Below are positions 54,249 through 64,000 of a DNA stretch of 64,000 nucleotides, piece by piece (position 1 is the first letter of the stretch; each line of letters starts with the position of its first letter). Position numbers and translations under genes: made by a program. The stretch is taken from the NCBI GenBank assembly GCA_021613535.1, contig CP075493.1, positions 2,418,001 to 2,482,000 on the forward strand, written 5' to 3'. This DNA is from Adineta vaga. Its lineage: Eukaryota; Animalia; Rotifera. The notes under the pieces are model-generated. The model saw only the letters and a program-made list of their open reading frames with translations. It did not search any database and was not told the DNA's origin.

Positions 54249-57200
54249 CTATTGAGTGTCATTTAATTCCATAAATTCACTTGTTGATGCATCATTGTTT
54301 GTTGGTGGTGTCGTTGTTGTTGTTGTTTGTTGAAGAAGAGATTGTGCTTGTTCTAGAGTAAATTGTGCACTACGTGTACGTTGAAATGATCGTGTGTCTG
54401 TATCTTCATTAGAAATGTTTTGTGCTGGTGACCATTGCCATGATGTTTGCATTTGTTGTTTTAACCAATTAATAGCAAATTCCCATTGATTAGCAGTAGA
54501 TGAGAAATATTCTTTACATGCATTACTTCTATATTAAATAGAAAATAAAGTGATTAAATAATCGATCGAAAATTTCTCTTACCTATTCGATAAATTAATC
54601 AGAAATTTAACTGTTTGATAAGCTCGTCGATGTTCCGTTTCAATACTTGTTTGTATTAGTGAATAAAGACCATTGAATAGTTGACAATTATCACCATTAC
54701 CAGATTCATTAATACCTGCAAATGCTAATTGAATTCGTTTTGTTTGTAGAGAATCTTCAATTAATAAAATATGACTAAGAAATTTAAATAATGATTTCAT
54801 ATCATTTGTATGTGCTTGTGCAATTGATTGAACAATAATTCGAATAAGTTGTTCGGAAAAGAATTCATTATTCAATGCTAAACTTTCCATTAATTGTATC
54901 GTACGAATCAATTGTGATGCTGAAACTTCTTGAAACGCATAACAAATTTCTTTCAAATAACGATTGGCCCATTTGCCTTGAAAATATGTTTTCATATGAG
55001 TTTTCAATTGTAATTGTTGTTCATCAAATGTTTCCACAGTTAAATTACATGACAGAACTAATATAGCAATAATTTCATGTATAATACCGAATTCTTTTGC
55101 TTGACCAGAATTCCATCGTCGAGCATCGATATTTTCTCCGAGAAGAAAATTCATTAAACGTGTAAATGTATTCAATTGTAAAAGATAATCAATAGCATTT
55201 TGATTCATTTTAATATACGAATAAATTAATTGAAAGAATGCTTGTGAATGTTTAACTTGTTCAACAACGGATTTATCTAATAAAGATATTAATTGTTCAA
55301 TGAATTGTTTCATTGAGATAGATAAATGATGATCAATATTAATAATTAATGTTTCATGATTATCATTAAGATTTGTTGCTTGTATTTGTGGATTCTTTTC
55401 AATTAAATGTAAATATGTTGCTTGTAAAACTTGTTCACATATTTGTTCAAATATATAACGAATATCTTCAATTGGACAATCGAGTAAATATAATTTCAAA
55501 CCATTTTCTTTTCGTTCAGATAATAATTGATAGAAAATTTCACATGATGAAAGATTTTTATTAAATAAACGTGCTAATAATTGTACCCATTGTTGAAGAG
55601 AATCTTTACGTAAACGCCGATGTGTTCGTAAATGTGTATTGAAAAGAAAATTTAATGCTAATTTTGTACATAAATCATAGGATGTTTCAACATTATCATC
55701 ATCAATAATTTCCATATCAAATGGAATATTAATATCATCAAAACATATATGAGATAATTTGGAAATAAATTGAAAATAATCTTCACAAAATGTATCACGA
55801 TTTTTTAAAAATTCAAGATTTTCATCTTTAACACAAGCCAGAACACGTGATGGTATTAATGGTTTTTCAATTTTGAATAGATCACTATTTTCACTTCGAA
55901 CAACGAGATCAGCCAATTGAGATAATGAATCACGTTGATTAGAATGATGAACACGAACAGCTGAACCAGGTATATGACGTGATGAACGTGTACCACCATT
56001 TGATGATGCAGATACAGGTGTGGGTGGTGGAAGTAATTTCGATGGCTCAATACATTGATAGATAAGCATATATGCGTTCCAGAATCGTGTACGTTCTTCG
56101 GTAGAATTATTATTATCTTTTGGTACACGAAATGTTCCACCAAAACATTCTTCTTCAAGCATTTGTTCAGTTAATTGTATTTCTTCAACAGATGTATCAT
56201 TAAAACGATACCATTGATTGGCATTATTTGAATGACGACGACGAATATCTTTAATAAATGAATAATAATGGCCAGCATTGGCTTGACCCGAATGTATAAC
56301 AATACCAATGAGTTCATAATTAATTGTTGGCATGTTATTAGATGCGTTATTCAGCAAAGAAGTTGAACGTGATGCAGATTTATTATCACCTAAAGAGCAA
56401 AAATTCGATGAAAAGATTTTCATTTTTATTTTGTTTTTACATACCTGAATTTGGTATGGATGAATTAATTAGACTATCATTATGATTGTTAGTTGTTGGA
56501 TCATCATGTTCAACAAAACTTTCACGTTTATTAACACCATCTAATGTATAAGGTTCCATATTGAGTATTAAAGGAAATTTGAAATAATCATCAAATTTTA
56601 ATGCACGATTATTTTCCCAATCGAATCCAAAACGTTTCATTTGAATACACAATAAAGGTGGTAGTTTTTTAATACATAATCGTTTAATTGTTGTACGTTT
56701 TTCTTGACATTTGGCACAAAAATACTAAATATAAAAAGAAGAATTATTTCAATAATCTTCGAAAAGTTCTTTCTTTCTTTTTTTTAACTTACAGCATTAT
56801 TTCCATCTAGTACTTCACCTTTAACGAATTGATTTAATGATTCATTAAGTGAATCAACTTTAACAGCAACATTCAATGCCATAAACTTTTCTTCACCTTC
56901 ATAACGATGTCGACAACCATTTGTACAAATCATTTGATTACAGAAAATACCTTCAAATTGTTTATGAAAGATTTCTTCTCGTTTCATACTTTTTAAATAT
57001 TCATCGATTTGATCAGTCATTGCTGTAAAAAAATCAAAAGCATCTTGTTGTTCACGTATATTAATTTCTTGTCCCCATAAACGAAAGACTTTCCATAGTG
57101 CTTCCGGTGAATAATATTGCATTTTACTTTCCATTAAATGTCCGAAAACTTGTTGAAGTTGATGAAATAGACCAGAATCATTGACTTTTGTCGAATCAGT

Positions 57201-60200
57201 TCCATTTTCTAGATCATCTTGAACACTTAAAATATGTTCAGAGATTTGTGGTAACATATAGAGTTGTTGAAGAATTGAATTCATGTAACATGTTGCACCA
57301 CCTAGATAAAAAATAGGATTTTTACAATCGTCGAGAATCGATCAATTCTTAGATTTTATTGATAGTGACTGAAATTTTCTACATACCATTATAGAGACCA
57401 ACTAATCCACAAGATGCACGTGGATTAACTTGTGGCATAAACTACAAAAGAGAAACGATAAATGAATCATTTGTAAACATTCCATTTTCATACAATTTTA
57501 CCTCCCATTCTGTTTGTTTTTCTAGTATAGGTCTATGATGAAGATTGATTAGATCTTCAATGACTGTTTTCAAATTTGCACGACAATTTCGTACTAATTC
57601 AACAAGAACATCATATGCTGCTAATCGACTTTCACTTGTTGAACATTTTGGTTCAGGTACAACATCATCAAAAGAATCATTTTCATTATTGGATGGTGTA
57701 ATTGTTAATGACATACTTTTCGAAGCAGGAAATAGAAATTGATCAATAAGTAAACGAATAAAATCATTTCCAAATTCTGTTTTATTAATATTTTCACATG
57801 TTAATAATGTACGAATGAATCTTAAATGACCCATGAATAAAATATTATCAATTGCTCGTAATTCATTTGATGTTGATGAAACAGTATAGGTTGATAACCA
57901 ATTAAATTCATTGATTAAAATTTGTTTTGCATCGATATGAAGTAATTTCTGCATTTGTTTGGTTAAATTTTCCGTTAATTGACAACGTAAATCAAAGTAT
58001 TCAATAGATTGTGCTAATAATTTTTGATTTGGACCTCGTGCACCTGCACTTGATGTTGCCCATAATGGTAATCGTGCTTTTAATAAAATTTGATGAATAA
58101 CAGCACGAATATCACATGCTGATGTTTCAATTTTACATAAACGAATGATATTACGTAGAGCAGACTGACGTACTTCACGTGAACTTGTACTGATTAGAAT
58201 TTCCAAAAGAAAATCAGCAAAAAATGGTTGAACAAGAAATGTTGCTAGAAGAAAGAAAAAACAAATGAATAAATATTTCTGAAATTCATCAAATTCTTTT
58301 TGATCTTTCTACTTACCAATAAATTCCGGTCGTTTCTCGAAACAAAACATAATAATTTCAATAATTCTATCTGCTATTTCACTATCTAATGGTAAAATGG
58401 AATCTTTCTTTACACAAATTCCAAATTGTACAGTTTGTTGAACATTAGTATTAATTGATGAATCACTTGATGATGAATTTTTACTATTATTTCTTGAGAA
58501 TATATTGGCATTTATTTGTTGCAAGAGAACATGACGATCTAATTTCACTTGTTCTTTTATTGTTAAACTTTGTTCTTGTAAACGAATATTTCCTGCAGCA
58601 GCTGCCCAACATAAAAATATCAATTGTTTTATTTGTCCAACAAATTCTTCAAATTGTAAATGTTCAACAGTTGCTTGAAAATCAAAATCAATTGTATCCA
58701 TCACACTATCATTCGCTGCTACAGCGACTGGTGATGTTGGTCGAGATAAAGGAATATCTTCAATTTGATTTGTATTATTTCCACATAATAATAATTGAAT
58801 TAATTGTAAAATCAATATAGTCATTTCTTGACATAAAGAATATTGATATTCATCATGTATAAAATGATTTAATGATTGAAGTAATTTAAATAAGAATTCA
58901 ACACCAGATTGTTCGATGAAATCTTGTCGAAATAATTTTGAACTTTGTTTTATTCCAATATTATTTGATAGAGGTGAGATTTTACTCGATAGAATTTCAA
59001 GATTATAAAGAATTTTAATAAGACTACTTTCATCAAAATTAAAAACATGGTCAATTGCTTCTTTTGGATTAATTTGATGATTGGTCATAGTTTCTGTTGA
59101 TTGTCGTCGTTCATTAATACAAACACTTGCAGCACGGCTAGAAATTAAATCAAGTAAATCAACAATACGAATATCCGATGGCATCAAACGAAGAAGATTT
59201 CGTATCCGTTTATGAATATTTTTATTATTTAAATAGGATAATTTGTAAAGAATATCAAAGACTTTAAGATTTTCGGCAATCATATTCGATGGTGTTAAAT
59301 GGTCATTATCAACATTTTGTAATTTATGTGTTAGATAGAGACGAACAGGTTCTGAATTATTCGATTTAATTGATTGATTTGATGAACTACCTAGAATTTT
59401 GACGTAAACAATTGTACCTGGTGTTATATGGAGTTGATATAAGTATTTTGAATTTAATGATGAACCAAGAACAGTATTATTTGTTGACGATGATGATGAT
59501 GATGGTGAATTGTTCGATGATAATGCAATGGCATTATTTATTGGACCCAAATGATCATAAGTTGAAGGTAATGGACGAGTATTTTGTATAGAAATATGAA
59601 TATCATGTGAAGGAACTTTATAATGAAGAGCAAGACGTGCACGTAACATTTCTAATGTATCATTTGTATGAACAATTGCAATATCATATGGACAATTTGT
59701 TTTTCCTAATTCACCAAGAATAATTTTAATTTGATATTCTAATCCATGAAATGATGTAATATGTGCTGTTGGAGAACGTTCATGTTCAACAACATAAATA
59801 TATTCTTCTGTTATCATTAATAATCGTTCAATTTTTTGTAACCATAATGTATGATCAATTTGAATTGATGATTTAATGAAATTATTTGGATGATCAGCGA
59901 CAAGAAAATGTTCACCAGATGCTTTCAAAGATTTATAATATGCTTCAAGATTTGGTGTTAATGAATCGGAAGGTGGAACTGCAGAGCTTAGTAATGAACT
60001 TAAACGAGTATAAACTTCTTTTAGAAAACATTCATGAAGAGTTTGAGCTGTGGGACGACGTGTACGATTAGGTTGTTTTGTATAATATAAATCAAGAAGA
60101 AAACGTGTCGCTTCATTTGCAAGATTATCATCTCCAGCACACAGAATAATATTCCATAATTCATCAATACATTTATATTCTAAAATTTCGTTCTGAAAAA

Positions 60201-63200
60201 AAAACAATTTTCAAGTTGAAATTTATCAAAATAATATTGACTTACATCTACTGATGTCGAAGCATTTGAGTTATAACTAAAATGTCTCGATTGACTCCAT
60301 CGTTCTAAGTTACAACGTTCAAAATATAATTTAAAACAATCATAACCTAAAAGAAAAACGAGATAAATTCAATTCATTATTCTTTCATCTTCTTGCAAAC
60401 CTTTTTGTGTTAAATGAATTGGATCAAGTTTTGAGACACGTTTCTCAAATAAAGCTAATTGTGAATCACGATTAAGATCTTCAGAACATGTGATAAACCA
60501 ATTTAAACCAAGTTCATGATCAAATGAACTCACACGTTCATTAGTTATTAATGTATCCCATAATTCTTCACTACGTTTTAATATTAAATAAAGATTTCCT
60601 TTTTTTAATAAAAATGATAATAAATCTAAATGAGTTTTAATTGATTCTTCATGCGTAAAACGACCATCAACTAATGTATCAATTGTAACATGTCCTTGAG
60701 TTTTATTCCAAACATCTAATTGACATGTTGATAAACTTTGAATTAACGCAGATATTAAATCATGTTTATTAACTAATAATGAAATAAGATCTTGTTCAGA
60801 ACGTTTAAATGTATTAGTTGAATCATGACGTAATAAATCATAGAGATGTTTTATAGCTGGTACAAGCCAACCTTGTTTACGTTGAAGATCAGTCATACAT
60901 TTAAGACAATAATCACGTTTTAATGCATCATAAGGTGATCGACCTTCACTAAATACTCGTAAATGACAATGAAGAAGATGTTCCAGCATTGAACGACTAA
61001 GACGCTCTTCATGTGCCATATCCCATAGAATTTCTAAAACACGAGCAGCAGAATCTTTTTGACATTCACGACCAATAGCACCAAGTAAGTCGATTAATTT
61101 TTCCTGAATAAGAATTGTTTCCGTTTTCCATGACTAAAACAAGCAATATAGTTCATAAAAAATATATTATCAATCAGATTACATTATAAATAAGACCAAT
61201 TAGATGATTGAGTTGTTCAAGATTGAATTTTGCTGCTGCAGAAGCAATCAATGTAAAAAGATGATCAACTGCAACTAAAGAACGACCATGCTAAAATAAA
61301 TCATGTATTTCATAAACAAGACTATCAATTCAAGTTCTTTTTCCTCCACCTGCATTTTCCATATAGTTTCAATATCTTCTTTTAAAATTCTTGGGGCAAT
61401 AAAATCCATTAATGTCCGAACTTTTTCAACATATTGATTTTGATCAATATTTCCTATAGAAGAAAAAAATTCATTTTCCATACAGACTAGATTTGTTTTC
61501 ATTTTCATTTTACCTTCTAATGCTTTGGAAAGTATCGAATGTTCTATTATCCATTCACTAACAGTATCTCGTGGTATGGATGCTTTGGACAAACTTTGAA
61601 TATTTGATGTTGAGTTTTCGATTATTTTTGCAAGCTATGAAGAAGAAAAAGTTATAATGCAAATTCAGTTTGTTCACATGAAATCTTTATGTATACTTCT
61701 TTCAATGAATTCATTTTTGCATTAAAATTAGATAATGCAACCATTTTTAGTAATAAATTAAGATGCAATTCTTCTACGTGTTCCACACGATCCGACCAAA
61801 CAACAGAACAAATTTTTCTTAATGTTGAAAGTAACTCAAAAGTAGAATTTGTTGACTAAAATCAAAGAATTTCTTCAATATAAAATCACAAAATTCAAAT
61901 AATTCAAATACTTTAGCTTTGAAATCTTCTTCTTTTAAATTTTTCACATAATCCAATGCTTGTTCAATATGTTCACTAAATAATTGTCGATATTTATCAA
62001 CAATTAGATAGTCCATACAATTAACAAAAGGTGAAAGTAATGCATTGTATTCCTATGAATAAAAAAAATTAAGAAATTAATTACAAAAAATTAAATTTAT
62101 CTTCTTACCACAGCAGTTAATGGTTGATCAGTTTTAAATTGTTCTTTTAAATTTTTTATTCCATCTTTCGATACGAAATGATTGATTATTTGACACAGCC
62201 ATCCATAAGGTTCATTTCGATTATAAACAGAAAATGTTGTTGATGATGGCGAATTAGCCAAAAGACGTTCACCTAATTGTTTATCATATAATGAACGATC
62301 GTAAGATTTACTTTTATGTTTTCGTTGAAAAACGGAATCATGATCGAAAAGTATAGCTAAAGTTTCAAGTAATTGTACTGGAACAGGGGAATAGGATAGA
62401 CGAGCAGCAATTAAATCAACCAGTAATTCCACCATATCAAAAACACCTAATTGAACTTCAACACCCCAATTATTCACATGATGAGAACATTGTAACTAGT
62501 AAAAAAAAGATCAGATGTATTTAGATACAAAGAATTTACTCTGATTACTTTGCGAAATGCATCAGGAATAAGAATTTCCATAAATTTCTTACAATGTTCA
62601 TCTTGATCAGCTGTACCTACAATGAAGATTCAAAGCAGATTACAATCAGAAGAAGAATTATTAAATTTACCAGCAAGAGCGAGCGTAGTGGCGGATAATA
62701 AACAACGACCAAGAACTTCATCTCCTGTAAAAAAAAGAAATAAAAAGTTCAATCTTAGTTATTGTTTATTCATTAAATTTACGTTTATAAGGAATGGACC
62801 AGTTATCTCCGTAAACTTTTGTTTCCAAATCCAGAAAAGCATTCGTAGTAAATGAATTTGGATTCGTCATTGATAAATCATCTGACGAAATACTTGAATT
62901 ATTATTCGATGAAACCTTAAAACAAAGAATTCAACATGAAAGTAAGTTCAATGATTTGATCGTTTACCGTTTGTTGTTGCTGCTGTTGTTCAACTTGTTC
63001 TTTGGTAAGTGGACCGATGAATGTTGTTGATGTTGGTGGTGGTGGTGGTGGTGATTCATTAGGAATAATAACATCATCATTTGGATAAGTTGGATTAGTA
63101 AGAAAAGTCACAGCTTCACTAATATCATTACCAGCTTTAGTTAATGCTGTACGATTTAAATCACGATTGGGAAAACCCATTGCAATCAATGTTTCCATAT

Positions 63201-63210
63201 TTTCTTCCAT
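54249..63210 (-). CDS. USP24: Ubiquitin carboxyl-terminal hydrolase 24-like (USP9/24 family) with N-terminal UBA domain, multi-exon
   Basis: [29 protein letters not shown]; Cys box [13 protein letters not shown]; EQQDA; KRFGFDWE; His box [30 protein letters not shown]. The start may lie further upstream. Confidence 0.88.
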
Positions 63211-64000
63211 ATTTGATAAATCACTGGATGTTGATGATGAAACAATTGAACATGAAATATTATCAAGAGATGACGAAGATGCAGCCGATGAATTACTTGA
63301 AGAAAGAAGAAAGTATACGTTCGAAAATGAAACTCTTCTAGCAAAAGAATATCCTACCTTGCAACACAATTTTTAGTTTCTTTTTGTGTACAACAACGTT
63401 TCGAAGAATTAGTATTAATAGGTTCGGTTAAAGACGAATTTGCCGTGTGAGCATTGCGTTTCATCACGGCAGTGAATTAACAATCGATGAGTCATAGGTA
63501 GAAAATCCATCTAGAATGTAGGAGAAAGTTTTTTATATATGGGAAATGTTTTTCAGGTATCATTATTTACCAAAAAAGAAACAACGTCCGCATCATCCAA
63601 CAGTCAATACACACAATATGCACGTGACACTAGGGAAAAGACACTTGTTTATAGCTCGTTCTGTTCTGTGTTCTTTTTTTCCTTCGTAAGTTTTCTTGAC
63701 GAAATACAAATGAAGTTGATATGAATGAAGATGAATAACTTCAAGATATAATATGATATGCAAATAGATCTGAAATAAAAAATATATGTATATATATCGA
63801 TAGGATGATTTCATAATCATTAATGCATTCATTTTTGAATATGTTGATATATTTTAATTGAATAAAAAAGTAACCAATCGGATATCGACGGAATGGACAG
63901 ATTGAAGTAAACTATGGAATAGAAGGATATAGTTTTCTATTGGTTACAATCCACGAGATTGTTGATTTAAAGCCTAGATCGATTTGTTTAAGAAGTCCAC

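Overview
AT-rich eukaryotic (animal) DNA with dense genes and mostly ~50-65 bp GT-AG introns. The style is most consistent with a bdelloid rotifer (inference, not proven). From left to right: (1) a very tight co-directional minus-strand cluster, mitochondrial-type HisRS > D-cysteine desulfhydrase-like enzyme > LAMTOR4 > RAD9, with 68-122 bp between stop and next ATG and a splice-acceptor-like site just upstream of each downstream ATG (candidate SL trans-spliced operon); (2) a divergent ~19.4 kb multi-exon gene for a giant coiled-coil protein built from duplicated exon modules, with ~20 LC8-type TQT-like motifs and 5 EABR-like motifs; (3) an accessory island (26.7-32.4 kb) with a nested MITE, an intronless CCR4/EEP enzyme, a TCGAA repeat, an alpha/beta-hydrolase pseudogene and a bacterial-type acyltransferase-3/SGNH O-acetyltransferase; (4) a HUNK-like kinase, an FkbM-like membrane methyltransferase, SFT2, PLC-beta4/NorpA, a small GPI-anchor-like orphan, a claudin-like protein, PPAN/SSF1 and USP24. 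No rRNA, tRNA or CRISPR was recognised. Gene spans run from first to last codon including introns and were assembled by eye.
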